59,062 nt of DNA from a virus (lineage: Duplodnaviria > Caudoviricetes), in IMG/VR virus record IMGVR_UViG_3300025467_000019, positions 1 to 59,062 of that record; one strand, written 5' to 3'. Within the stretch, counting starts at the first letter, position 1. Every line of letters starts with the position of its first letter. Shown one piece after another: positions 18,628 to 28,950 of the stretch. A program made the position numbers and the translations under genes. Below the pieces are notes generated by a model. The model was not told where the DNA came from. It saw only the letters and a program-made list of their open reading frames with translations, and did no database searches.

Positions 18628-20526
18628 ATGCCATTAACTCCAGGTTTAGAAATTCCTTTTGGTATACAACCAGTCAACCCGGTACCGGTTGATACATGGT
18701 CAGGTCCTTATTACGGGCCTAATGAAACAGCGGCAAAGGCAGCAGCTAATGCATCAATACCTCAAGCAATAAGATTTCAGTCTTTACAGGTACGTCTTAT
18801 TATTGCGGGCGTGCCATATATATATTGGTATGATACAGGTACTACAGATACTGACCTGCATGTATTTTCTACAGGCGGTGGTGGAGGTAGTGGTGTATCT
18901 GGTTATTCTGGTTATTCTGGTTTTAATGCTAATAATCAGTCCGTAACTTATGCAAACTCTTTTAGTGCGGGGCAAGTAATTTATAAAACACCTGGTGGTT
19001 ACGATTTAGCATTAGCTAATGATATATATACGTCTGAAGTTATAGGTGTAGTACAGTCAGCAAATAGTAGTGAATTTACATACGTCATTAATGGCTATAT
19101 TTCAGGCTTAACCGGTATAGAAGATGCGACTTGTTATTATCTTTCTGATACAGTACCTGGTCAGTTAACAATGGACGCGCCTACCGTTAGCGGTAGTGTT
19201 ATCAGACCAGTGTTAATTGGTACCAGTACAACAACTGGTGTAGTTGTTGAATTCCCTAGCGTGGTAATTGGTAGTACAAATAACGGTACAAGTGGTTATT
19301 TAGCACGCTGGACCGGTCCACATTCTTTAGGAAATAGCAGTATAATTGATACAGGACCAGATGTTACTATAGCTGCTGACACAACAATTGTCGGTAATAT
19401 TAATATAGTTGGTCATTATCTTTTAAGTGGTGTACCTCTTAGTGATGGGTTTAGTGGTTTTAGTGGTACATCAGGTTATTCAAGTTATAGCGGTTTTAGC
19501 GGTTATTCTGGTACATCCGGACATTCAGGATGGTCTGGTTTAGGTTTATCAGGTTATTCTGGTATATCAGGTTTTTCGGGAAACAGTACATCAGGTTATT
19601 CTGGTATATCAGGTTTTTCTGGTGTTTCAGGTTATTCTGGATCAGGTATAAGCGGTTATTCTGGTGGTAGAGGTTACAGTGGTTGGTCTGGTATTTCTGG
19701 TTTTAGCGGTTATATAGGACAATCAGGCTATTCAGGTACTTCTGGTGTTAGCGGTTACCGTGGTTCAGGTATTAGTGGTTATTCTGGTTGGTCAGGTATA
19801 TCTGGTTTTAGTGGTTTAGGTTATTCTGGTTATAGTGGTTATTCTGGTGCAGCAGGTACTGGAAGTGGATCTATTAACTACTCTGATGTTATAGTTGTGA
19901 GCACAAAAGCTGATAGTTATTGGACTGCATATACATTAACTGGGAATGTTGAAGGATTATATAGCAATTCGCCCTTAACGTTAAGTTCGCAAACCGTATA
20001 CGGTAAACAGTTTAGTAGTGGTACTAAAACACTTATTGTAAATGATGGACCAATACACACTAATAATACATATGGTATATTAGTTGAATTCCCTTCTAGT
20101 CCAAATGTGGGGGATGTTATTAGCACCCCTTGTGTTACAATAAGTAATATAGTTAGCGCCGGTTATTTTGTTCCTGGTACTGTATATACAATTGTAACAC
20201 CTGGCGATACTAATTGGTCTTCTGTAGGTGCTTCGCAAAATTATTCAGGATTTACTTTTACAGCTACCAGTGCAGGCACATGGGATCCAGGAGCCGGTAC
20301 AGCTTCAACCCCGGCTGGAGTAACTTACTTAATATTTAAACCAGCCGCAGGGCAAGTAGCTATACTACAATTTCAAGGCGGTGGTCAAGTATATCCATTT
20401 GGTCAAGGTGCTTCTTATATAGCAGCTTATGTTCCGCTCGGTGGACAATTTGGTGCTCAACCTATTACTTGGGTATATGCAGGTGTAATTAGTGGGGTAC
20501 CGACTTGGTATCAAATGTACTTCTAA
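18628..20526 (+). CDS. (Gly-X-Ser)n collagen-like fibre protein (632 aa)
   Basis: GXS block at about aa 275-410; shares the ALAND...IGVV...YYLSD and [15 protein letters not shown] modules with the next gene. Confidence 0.8.
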   Translation: MPLTPGLEIPFGIQPVNPVPVDTWSGPYYGPNETAAKAAANASIPQAIRFQSLQVRLIIAGVPYIYWYDTGTTDTDLHVFSTGGGGGSGVSGYSGYSGFNANNQSVTYANSFSAGQVIYKTPGGYDLALANDIYTSEVIGVVQSANSSEFTYVINGYISGLTGIEDATCYYLSDTVPGQLTMDAPTVSGSVIRPVLIGTSTTTGVVVEFPSVVIGSTNNGTSGYLARWTGPHSLGNSSIIDTGPDVTIAADTTIVGNINIVGHYLLSGVPLSDGFSGFSGTSGYSSYSGFSGYSGTSGHSGWSGLGLSGYSGISGFSGNSTSGYSGISGFSGVSGYSGSGISGYSGGRGYSGWSGISGFSGYIGQSGYSGTSGVSGYRGSGISGYSGWSGISGFSGLGYSGYSGYSGAAGTGSGSINYSDVIVVSTKADSYWTAYTLTGNVEGLYSNSPLTLSSQTVYGKQFSSGTKTLIVNDGPIHTNNTYGILVEFPSSPNVGDVISTPCVTISNIVSAGYFVPGTVYTIVTPGDTNWSSVGASQNYSGFTFTATSAGTWDPGAGTASTPAGVTYLIFKPAAGQVAILQFQGGGQVYPFGQGASYIAAYVPLGGQFGAQPITWVYAGVISGVPTWYQMYF

Positions 20527-20610
20527 TTTATTCGGATATATTTAGTTTACATATTTAAAAATAAAAAAAACACTATTTTTGTGTAAAGATTAAAAAGTCC
20601 ACTTAAAAGA

Positions 20611-20618
20611 TATAAATA
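20611..20618 (+). promoter_or_regulatory. T4 late promoter consensus TATAAATA
   Basis: Exact match 23 nt upstream of the 2042-aa fibre gene. Confidence 0.7.
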
Positions 20619-20641
20619 TTTTGTAATAACCCAAAATAATT

Positions 20642-23600
20642 ATGTCAATAACACGTGGCGCTTTTTCTGCAGTTTACAATCCAATCGGTGTATCAGGTTA
20701 CTCTGGTTACTCTGGTTCAGGTGTATCAGGCTGGAGTGGTATCTCTGGCTTTTCTGGCTGGTCCGGTATTTCCGGCTTTTCTGGTGTATCAGGCTGGTCT
20801 GGTATATCTGGTTACTCTGGTTGGTCTGGTATTTCAGGCTACTCTGGTGTTTCTGGTTGGTCAGGCATTTCTGGCTGGAGTGGTATCAGTGGTTGGTCTG
20901 GCATAAGTGGTTATTCCGGTTGGTCTGGTATCAGTGGTTATTCTGGTACGTCTGGTTTTAGCGGCACGTCAGGCTTTAGCGGTTACTCTGGTGTATCAGG
21001 CTTTAGTGGTTATTCTGGCACCTCAGGCTTTAGCGGTTATTCTGGTTGGTCTGGTATTTCTGGTTATTCCGGTACTTCAGGCTGGAGTGGTTATTCTGGT
21101 TGGTCCGGCATTAGCGGCTTTAGTGGTGTATCAGGTTGGTCTGGTATATCTGGCTACTCTGGCTGGTCTGGTATTTCTGGTTTTAGTGGCGTTTCTGGTT
21201 GGTCTGGTATTTCAGGCTATTCCGGCGTTTCTGGTTGGTCAGGTATTTCAGGTTATTCCGGTTGGTCCGGCATTTCTGGCTACTCTGGCGTTTCTGGTTG
21301 GAGCGGTATTTCAGGTTGGTCAGGTATTTCTGGCTTCTCTGGCGTCTCTGGTTGGTCAGGTATTTCTGGCTTCTCCGGTGTATCTGGTTGGTCTGGCATA
21401 AGTGGTTACTCCGGTTGGTCAGGTATTAGCGGTTATTCTGGCTGGTCTGGTATTTCCGGTTGGTCTGGTATTTCAGGTTATTCTGGTACATCAGGCTTCT
21501 CTGGTGTCTCTGGTTGGTCTGGTATTTCCGGCTTCTCCGGTGTTTCAGGTTGGTCTGGTATTTCTGGCTACTCTGGCTACTCTGGTTGGTCTGGTATTAG
21601 CGGCTATTCCGGTTGGTCTGGTATTTCTGGTTATTCTGGCGTTTCTGGTTGGAGCGGTATTAGCGGCTTTAGTGGTGTATCAGGCTACTCTGGTTGGTCT
21701 GGTATTTCTGGTTATTCCGGCTGGTCTGGTATTTCAGGCTTTAGCGGTGTATCAGGTTGGAGCGGCATTTCAGGCTACTCTGGTTGGTCTGGTATTTCTG
21801 GTTACTCCGGCTATTCCGGTCAAGACGGTACATCAGTAAAGATTCTTACATATGTAGCAGATGCATATGTTAATCCACCAAACGATCCTCAATCAACATT
21901 AAATACTGCTGCACCATTTGCAGTTAATGGCGACGGTGTTATTGACGAAAAAACAGGTCATTTATGGGTATATACTAATGAAGTAATAACAGTATACCCA
22001 ACAGCAAAGTATTATGGTGGTACAAATCAAAGCAGTCCTACTTCATTAAGAGTATATGCTTCAACACCAGCAGTTGTTCCTGTAGCTGGTGAAAAAGTTA
22101 CAGATGGTATATCTCAAACAGGTATTGCAACAGTAACACCTGGTTCTGATGTTAACGGTACATATTATGACTTAACATTAGATACAGCACAAGATTTTTC
22201 AAATCCAACAACCATTCAAATTCATGCAGATGGTCACTGGACTGACGTTGGTCAAGTAAAAGGTGATTCTGGCTATTCTGGTTGGTCTGGTATTTCAGGT
22301 TGGTCAGGTATTTCTGGCTGGTCTGGTATTTCTGGTTATTCCGGTACATCAGGCTTCAGTGGTACATCAGGCTTTAGCGGTACAAGCGGCTTTAGTGGTA
22401 CTTCTGGTTATAGTGGTTATTCAGGTGTATCTGGCTGGTCTGGTATATCCGGTTTTAGTGGTGTATCAGGCTGGAGCGGTATTTCAGGCTGGTCTGGTAT
22501 TTCAGGTTGGTCCGGTATAAGTGGCTATTCCGGTACATCAGGCTTTAGCGGTGTATCTGGCTACTCTGGTTGGTCAGGCATTTCTGGTTACTCTGGCACA
22601 TCTGGCTGGTCTGGTATTTCAGGCTTCTCCGGTGTATCTGGCTGGAGTGGTATTTCTGGCTGGTCTGGTATTTCAGGTTGGTCAGGTATTTCAGGCTTTA
22701 GCGGTGTATCAGGCTGGAGCGGTATTTCAGGCTACTCCGGCTGGTCTGGTATTAGTGGCTTTAGTGGTGTATCAGGTTGGTCAGGTATATCTGGTTGGTC
22801 TGGTATAAGTGGCTTCAGCGGTGTATCAGGTTGGTCTGGTATTTCTGGTTGGAGCGGTATATCCGGTTATAGTGGTGTTTCAGGTTGGTCTGGTATTTCA
22901 GGCTATAGCGGCGTCTCTGGCTGGAGTGGTATATCTGGCTTCTCTGGTGTATCAGGTTGGTCTGGTATTTCTGGTTGGTCAGGTATTTCTGGTTATTCCG
23001 GTACTTCAGGCTTTAGCGGTTATTCCGGCTGGTCTGGTATTAGTGGTTATTCCGGTACATCTGGCTTTAGTGGCTACTCTGGTTGGTCTGGTATAAGTGG
23101 CTTTAGCGGTACTTCCGGTACGTCAGGCTTTAGCGGTTATTCAGGCGTATCTGGCTGGTCTGGTATTTCAGGTTGGTCTGGTATAAGTGGCTATTCTGGC
23201 TACTCTGGTTGGTCTGGTATTAGTGGTTATTCTGGTTGGTCTGGTATTTCAGGTTGGTCTGGTATATCTGGCTACTCCGGTTGGTCTGGCATTAGCGGCT
23301 TTAGTGGTGTTTCAGGTTGGTCTGGTATTTCAGGTTGGTCTGGTATTAGTGGTGCTGACGCAACATTACAATTAACAATACCATATGCTAACGACTTTAC
23401 ACCAGGTACTGTAATTTACAGAGCACAAGACGGTACATATCAACGCGCAAAAGCAGATGATATTACTACAGTAGATGCAATCGGTATCGTACAAGATGCT
23501 AATGGTAGTCAATTTACGATCGTTTATAACGGTCAAATTTCAAATCTAGCTGGTTTAACTGACGGATACGGTTATTACTTATCTGACACAACAGCTGGTA

Positions 23601-26600
23601 TGTTAACCGATACAGCTCCAACAGTGAGTGGCTCGTTCATTAAACCAATGTTAATTGCTACAGGTTCTACAACAGGTGTTGTAGTTGAATACCCTGCTAC
23701 ACAAATTGGTTCTACAAACAACGGTTCAAGCGGTTATCTAGCACGTTGGACAGGTTCACATACAATTGGTAACAGTAGTATATTTGATACAGGTCCAGAC
23801 GTTACAATTGATGCTAATACAGTAGTTACAGGTAACTTAGCTGTATCTGGTACTATTGTAATGAACGGTGCTGACTTAAAGGGTTATTCCGGTATATCTG
23901 GTTTCTCAGGTTATTCTGGTCTAAACGGCGCTGGTGCTGCTTCAGGTTATAGCGGTTTCTCTGGTACATCAGGCTTTAGCGGTTACTCAGGTTGGTCTGG
24001 TATTTCAGGCTTCTCTGGTACATCGGGCTTTAGCGGTACATCTGGTATTTCAGGCTTCTCTGGCGTATCTGGCTTCTCTGGTGTTTCTGGTTTCTCCGGT
24101 ACATCAGGCTTTAGCGGCTTTAGCGGCTTTAGCGGTACATCAGGCTTCTCAGGCTTCTCTGGTACATCAGGCTTCTCTGGTACATCAGGTCATAGCGGCA
24201 CAAGCGGCTTTAGCGGTTACTCAGGTTGGTCTGGTATAAGTGGCTTTAGCGGTATATCAGGCTTTAGTGGTACTTCAGGTACATCAGGCTTCTCTGGTAC
24301 ATCAGGCTTTAGCGGCACAAGCGGCTTTAGTGGTACAAGTGGCTTTAGCGGTTATAGTGGTACTTCCGGTATATCAGGCTTCAGTGGTACTAGTGGTATA
24401 TCAGGCTTTAGTGGTATATCAGGCTACTCTGGTACATCTGGTATAAGTGGCTTTAGCGGTGTATCAGGCTTCAGTGGTACGTCAGGCTTCAGTGGTACAT
24501 CAGGCTTCAGTGGTACATCAGGCTTCAGTGGTACATCAGGTACTAGTGGTATATCAGGCTACTCTGGTACAAGTGGTACTAGTGGTATATCAGGCTACTC
24601 TGGTACATCAGGTATAAGTGGCTTTAGCGGTATATCAGGTTATAGTGGCGTATCGGGTTATTCAGGTACATCAGGCTTCAGTGGTACATCAGGTACTTCT
24701 GGTATATCAGGCTTTAGTGGCACATCAGGTTGGTCAGGCTATTCCGGTACATCCGGCTACTCTGGTACATCAGGTGTGAGTGGTTATTCTGGTTCAGGTA
24801 TATCTGGTTTCTCCGGTTATCCTGCAGTTGGTATAACATATTACCCAACAACTTCAGCTTCTGAATTCAGCATACAATACGGTATATTAAGCGAAGTACC
24901 TCAATCTACAGCACAAACGTTTACAGCTTATACATTAAGTGCTTCAGAAGGTTTAATAACATTAGGTCAAGTTGTAACACCAATCAGTGATCCAGGTGAA
25001 ATTGAACTCGGTAAAGGTACATGGCAGTTCAATGCATACTATGCATTAACAGGTACTAACCCATCAACAACTACAACAACCTTAAAGCACTCTATATATA
25101 AGAGATCATACCCAGGTGGTACTGAAACATTATTATTTAATGTTATTAGTGATCCGCTTGTTAATACAGATACTGCTAACCCAGCGCTAAGCATTACACA
25201 GTACACAATTACTACACCGATAGCTCTTGATATAACTGATAGATTAGTTTATAGAGTACAAGCTCAAACAACCGATACAGACGGTGTAACAGTTGAATTC
25301 TATTATGGTGGTACAGACCACTATAGCTTTATTTCAACTGGTATATACCGTGGTGCTACTGGTACATCAGGCTACTCTGGTTATTCTGGTACGTCTGGTT
25401 ACTCTGGTACATCTGGTACGTCTGGTGTAAGTGGCTACTCCGGTACATCAGGCTTTAGTGGTTACTCTGGTACATCAGGTACATCTGGTATATCAGGTTA
25501 CTCCGGTACATCAGGCTTTAGCGGTACATCTGGTATATCTGGCTACTCTGGCACATCGGGTTATTCAGGCTACTCTGGCACATCTGGTATATCAGGTTAC
25601 TCTGGTACATCAGGTACATCTGGTATATCAGGTTACTCTGGTATATCTGGCTACTCTGGTACATCTGGTATATCTGGCTACTCTGGCACATCGGGTTATT
25701 CAGGCTACTCTGGCACATCTGGTATATCAGGTTACTCTGGTACATCAGGTACATCTGGTATATCAGGTTACTCTGGTATATCTGGCTACTCTGGTACATC
25801 TGGTATATCTGGCTACTCTGGTACATCTGGTATATCAGGTTACTCTGGTACATCAGGCTACTCTGGCACATCTGGTACATCAGGCACATCTGGTATATCA
25901 GGCACATCTGGTATATCAGGCTTCTCTGGTACATCAGGCTGGTCTGGTACGTCAGGCATTTCTGGTTATTCTGGTATATCAGGTTGGTCAGGCTACTCTG
26001 GTACATCAGGCTGGTCTGGTACGTCAGGCATTTCTGGTTATTCTGGTACATCTGGTACATCAGGCTGGTCTGGTACGTCTGGTATAAGTGGCTACTCCGG
26101 TACATCTGGTTGGTCTGGCTACTCTGGTACATCAGGCTGGTCTGGTACATCTGGTATATCTGGTTACTCTGGTATATCTGGCTGGAGCGGTACATCTGGT
26201 ATATCTGGTTACTCTGGCGTATCAGGCTTTAGTGGTACATCAGGTTGGTCTGGTACATCTGGTTACTCAGGCCCTGGCGCAAATCAAACCTTAAACACAA
26301 CTTCAAATGTAGTGTTTGCTTCATTAAGTGCTGCTACATTATCAGCATACAATGTAAGTGTTACAGGTATATTAGCAATAGGCGATGTAACTGAAACTAC
26401 AACCAATACGGGTTCAGCTCCTGCAGCTACTACAAACTACGATACATTAACACAAGGTATACAATACTATACATCAAGTAACGCAAATAATTGGACATTA
26501 AACCTTCGCGGTAATAGTACTACTACATTAAACAGTGTATTAGGCGTAGGTCAAACAGTTACAGTTGCTCTTGTTACTACTAACGGTGCTACTCCATACT

Positions 26601-26770
26601 ATCAAACAGCAATACAAATTGATGGTAGCGTGGTAACGCCAAAATGGCAAGGTGGTTCAGCTCCTTCGTCAGGCAACGCAAATGCACTCGATGTTTATAC
26701 AGTATCGGTGACTAAGACAGCCGCAACACCAACATACCTAGTATTAGCTTCCGTCGCGACATTCAAATAA
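20642..26770 (+). CDS. giant (Gly-X-Ser)n collagen-like fibre protein (2042 aa)
   Basis: Four GXS blocks of about 300-380 aa separated by three non-repeat modules, plus a KWQGGSAPS tip domain. Confidence 0.85.
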   Translation: MSITRGAFSAVYNPIGVSGYSGYSGSGVSGWSGISGFSGWSGISGFSGVSGWSGISGYSGWSGISGYSGVSGWSGISGWSGISGWSGISGYSGWSGISGYSGTSGFSGTSGFSGYSGVSGFSGYSGTSGFSGYSGWSGISGYSGTSGWSGYSGWSGISGFSGVSGWSGISGYSGWSGISGFSGVSGWSGISGYSGVSGWSGISGYSGWSGISGYSGVSGWSGISGWSGISGFSGVSGWSGISGFSGVSGWSGISGYSGWSGISGYSGWSGISGWSGISGYSGTSGFSGVSGWSGISGFSGVSGWSGISGYSGYSGWSGISGYSGWSGISGYSGVSGWSGISGFSGVSGYSGWSGISGYSGWSGISGFSGVSGWSGISGYSGWSGISGYSGYSGQDGTSVKILTYVADAYVNPPNDPQSTLNTAAPFAVNGDGVIDEKTGHLWVYTNEVITVYPTAKYYGGTNQSSPTSLRVYASTPAVVPVAGEKVTDGISQTGIATVTPGSDVNGTYYDLTLDTAQDFSNPTTIQIHADGHWTDVGQVKGDSGYSGWSGISGWSGISGWSGISGYSGTSGFSGTSGFSGTSGFSGTSGYSGYSGVSGWSGISGFSGVSGWSGISGWSGISGWSGISGYSGTSGFSGVSGYSGWSGISGYSGTSGWSGISGFSGVSGWSGISGWSGISGWSGISGFSGVSGWSGISGYSGWSGISGFSGVSGWSGISGWSGISGFSGVSGWSGISGWSGISGYSGVSGWSGISGYSGVSGWSGISGFSGVSGWSGISGWSGISGYSGTSGFSGYSGWSGISGYSGTSGFSGYSGWSGISGFSGTSGTSGFSGYSGVSGWSGISGWSGISGYSGYSGWSGISGYSGWSGISGWSGISGYSGWSGISGFSGVSGWSGISGWSGISGADATLQLTIPYANDFTPGTVIYRAQDGTYQRAKADDITTVDAIGIVQDANGSQFTIVYNGQISNLAGLTDGYGYYLSDTTAGMLTDTAPTVSGSFIKPMLIATGSTTGVVVEYPATQIGSTNNGSSGYLARWTGSHTIGNSSIFDTGPDVTIDANTVVTGNLAVSGTIVMNGADLKGYSGISGFSGYSGLNGAGAASGYSGFSGTSGFSGYSGWSGISGFSGTSGFSGTSGISGFSGVSGFSGVSGFSGTSGFSGFSGFSGTSGFSGFSGTSGFSGTSGHSGTSGFSGYSGWSGISGFSGISGFSGTSGTSGFSGTSGFSGTSGFSGTSGFSGYSGTSGISGFSGTSGISGFSGISGYSGTSGISGFSGVSGFSGTSGFSGTSGFSGTSGFSGTSGTSGISGYSGTSGTSGISGYSGTSGISGFSGISGYSGVSGYSGTSGFSGTSGTSGISGFSGTSGWSGYSGTSGYSGTSGVSGYSGSGISGFSGYPAVGITYYPTTSASEFSIQYGILSEVPQSTAQTFTAYTLSASEGLITLGQVVTPISDPGEIELGKGTWQFNAYYALTGTNPSTTTTTLKHSIYKRSYPGGTETLLFNVISDPLVNTDTANPALSITQYTITTPIALDITDRLVYRVQAQTTDTDGVTVEFYYGGTDHYSFISTGIYRGATGTSGYSGYSGTSGYSGTSGTSGVSGYSGTSGFSGYSGTSGTSGISGYSGTSGFSGTSGISGYSGTSGYSGYSGTSGISGYSGTSGTSGISGYSGISGYSGTSGISGYSGTSGYSGYSGTSGISGYSGTSGTSGISGYSGISGYSGTSGISGYSGTSGISGYSGTSGYSGTSGTSGTSGISGTSGISGFSGTSGWSGTSGISGYSGISGWSGYSGTSGWSGTSGISGYSGTSGTSGWSGTSGISGYSGTSGWSGYSGTSGWSGTSGISGYSGISGWSGTSGISGYSGVSGFSGTSGWSGTSGYSGPGANQTLNTTSNVVFASLSAATLSAYNVSVTGILAIGDVTETTTNTGSAPAATTNYDTLTQGIQYYTSSNANNWTLNLRGNSTTTLNSVLGVGQTVTVALVTTNGATPYYQTAIQIDGSVVTPKWQGGSAPSSGNANALDVYTVSVTKTAATPTYLVLASVATFK
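25523..25821 (+). repeat. 135-bp tandem duplication inside a GXS block (about 2.2 copies)
   Basis: Marker gcacatcgggttattcagg occurs at 25551 and 25686 with matching flanks. Confidence 0.8.
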
Positions 26771-26788
26771 GATTAGTCGCTTAACAAT

Positions 26789-26823
26789 AAAAAAAGGCTA
26801 ACCGTAAAACGTTAGCCTTTTTT
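26789..26823. terminator. bidirectional intrinsic terminator
   Basis: aaaaaaaggctaac...gttagcctttttt between convergent genes. Confidence 0.9.
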
Positions 26824-26864
26824 GTGTTTAAACACTATTTAAAACAAATATATCCGTTTACACT

Positions 26865-27254
26865 TTAATCATCTAAACGCTTTAAACCAAACACTGACTT
26901 AGCTATATATTGAAATAGTTGTTCTCTTGAAACTGTATCAGTTGCACCAAGTTTAGTATACTTGTGTTGCCAAATTTCAATATCCTTTGTTATTTTATCT
27001 AAAACAGTTTTAAGTTCTTTTAATGCCTCATCTGTATGTTTTATTTCTTCTGGTGTTGCAGGATCAAACAAACCAACAAGCTGTGAACTTAATGCGGTTT
27101 TTGGTTGTTCAGGTTCAAGTATACTTTCTTTATCTTCTAGAGCTGTTTCACCACCGACACCACCATTATAACCTGTTTCATCTGTCCAGGTTTCTTTATA
27201 AACTTGATGGAAGTATTTTTCTACAAGTAATTTATTAAATTCTTCTTTAGCCAT
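26865..27254 (-). CDS. hypothetical late protein (129 aa)
   Basis: ATG ORF with minus-strand TAAATA at 27264-27269. Confidence 0.7.
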   Translation of the reverse strand: MAKEEFNKLLVEKYFHQVYKETWTDETGYNGGVGGETALEDKESILEPEQPKTALSSQLVGLFDPATPEEIKHTDEALKELKTVLDKITKDIEIWQHKYTKLGATDTVSREQLFQYIAKSVFGLKRLDD

Positions 27255-27303
27255 ATTTGTAAATATTTATGGATTATTAGCAAAAATACACTATAATAAT
27301 CAT

Positions 27304-27873
27304 ATGGGCATGTTCGACACAATTATAGTTAAAGATAAGCTACCCTGGACAGATGAAATGTGGGCAGAAGGGCTACCTAATAAATGTATAGAGTTTCAAA
27401 CCAAAGACTTAGATAATAGTCTTGCTAACTATAAAATCGAAAATAGTAGACTTTTAATGCAAAAGTTTAAGGAACAGAAATGGACTGACCCAAAATCAAA
27501 TAATGAGTTTAGTTTTGGTCGTTTAGAGCGGACTGGAGAATATTGGGAAGATCAAAACTATCACGGTAAGCTTAGCTTTTATGATTACTGTTCAAATGAC
27601 AAGCCTGGTAATAATGACTGTTGGGTAGAGTTTACTGCAACATTTACAAATGGTCAGGTTGATAAGATTGAAGTAATTAACTTTGAAAAAAACGATAACA
27701 CTGAACGTATTAAGAAGTTTAATGAGATAGCCGAAGAGATGCGACACAACAATAAACGTTGGATTAACAAGTACTTTTTTCGTACTAAACCAATACGCTG
27801 GATACGTGGATGTATACATAGAGCGTTATACAATACCGGTAATTTTTTTATAAGTTTAAGTTATAAGTTTTAA
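27304..27873 (+). CDS. conserved hypothetical phage protein
   Basis: MGMFD...FQTKDL...WVEFTATFTNG pattern familiar from phage hypothetical proteins; TATAAT just upstream. Confidence 0.75.
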   Translation: MGMFDTIIVKDKLPWTDEMWAEGLPNKCIEFQTKDLDNSLANYKIENSRLLMQKFKEQKWTDPKSNNEFSFGRLERTGEYWEDQNYHGKLSFYDYCSNDKPGNNDCWVEFTATFTNGQVDKIEVINFEKNDNTERIKKFNEIAEEMRHNNKRWINKYFFRTKPIRWIRGCIHRALYNTGNFFISLSYKF

Positions 27874-27889
27874 GTAAGTAATATCTTAC

Positions 27890-28942
27890 ATGGAGAACTT
27901 AACGTTTGAGTTTCATAATGAGCTTAACCCACAATTATGGGAAAGCGGCAAGCTAAAGCCAGAAATTAAAGATAAACTACTGGAAATAGCTCAAGCGTTT
28001 TTAGATACAATCGACATTGATATTGATGTTGAAGATATTACTTTAACTGGTTCATTAGCAAACTATAACTACACAAAGTATAGTGATTTTGACTTGCACA
28101 TTATTACTGATTTCAAAGAGTATGATGTAAAACCTGAGTTACTTAAAGACTATTTTAATGCAAAGAAAACAGTGTGGAATTCAACGCGTAATATTACTAT
28201 AAAAGGTTATGACGTAGAGGTTTACATACAAGATATAGAAGAACCTCACCATTCAACAGGAGTATACTCACTTAAAGATAGTGATTGGATAAAGAAACCA
28301 AACGCAACTAAAGAAAAGAAAGAAATAGACCTCTCATTAGTCAGCAAGAAAAAACAGTCAATGTTAGATATGATTAACTATGCATTGAGCGATGATTGTA
28401 ATGTGGAATGTGCTGAAAAAACAAAAGAAAAATTCATGGAATTACGTAAAGCTGGTCTCGAGAAAGGTGGAGAATTTGCACCGGAAAACTTGGCTTTTAA
28501 AGAATTACGTAGATCAGGAGATATTGAGAGACTAGTACAAGGAGTGCTTGCTAAGAAAGACAGGGTTCTATCTTTAGATAGTATACAAGAAATGAGTTTC
28601 AAGAACTTTATCAATCTTAACGATAAACGCGGTCCAAGACATCAACAGTTAGGTGCTGGTTTAAAGAAATTAGGCAATTTGGGTACTGGTGAAGTAAAAA
28701 ACATCGGTATGGTAGCACAAATGCACAAAAAGAAAAAAGAAGATACTACAGCGGTGCATATGTTAAAGAAAAAACACACGGGCGGGGCACCTATAACTAA
28801 CGACCAAGCACAAAATATTATTACAAGATATAATTTGGATATTAACAAAATTAAATCCGGCCACCCTCGTAAACTCAGCACTAGTAACATAGAGATAGGA
28901 TTTAATCCGCAGACAAACGCCTTTTATTTACGTAAATATTAA
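27890..28942 (+). CDS. Pol-beta superfamily nucleotidyltransferase-domain protein
   Basis: LTGSLANYNYTKYSDFDLHI (GS...DxD) and IKGYDVEVY. Confidence 0.8.
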   Translation: MENLTFEFHNELNPQLWESGKLKPEIKDKLLEIAQAFLDTIDIDIDVEDITLTGSLANYNYTKYSDFDLHIITDFKEYDVKPELLKDYFNAKKTVWNSTRNITIKGYDVEVYIQDIEEPHHSTGVYSLKDSDWIKKPNATKEKKEIDLSLVSKKKQSMLDMINYALSDDCNVECAEKTKEKFMELRKAGLEKGGEFAPENLAFKELRRSGDIERLVQGVLAKKDRVLSLDSIQEMSFKNFINLNDKRGPRHQQLGAGLKKLGNLGTGEVKNIGMVAQMHKKKKEDTTAVHMLKKKHTGGAPITNDQAQNIITRYNLDINKIKSGHPRKLSTSNIEIGFNPQTNAFYLRKY

Positions 28943-28950
28943 ATACCTAC

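Noticed and set aside
20690-26275. Repetitive DNA as a possible CRISPR array or satellite
   Set aside because: The period is 9 or 18 nt with synonymous variation inside one open frame; there is no repeat-spacer pattern and no cas gene
20655-26294. Many alternate-frame ORFs rich in V/L/Q/A, W/Y/L/R or YQ/M inside the GXS genes (also 10104-10820 and 13023-13496)
   Set aside because: They are shadows of the GGN-NNN-TCN codon repeat and lie wholly within larger genes
8368-26770. Duplicated fibre C-termini as a diversity-generating retroelement TR/VR pair
   Set aside because: Both copies are coding and differ largely at synonymous positions rather than only at adenines; no reverse transcriptase is in the window
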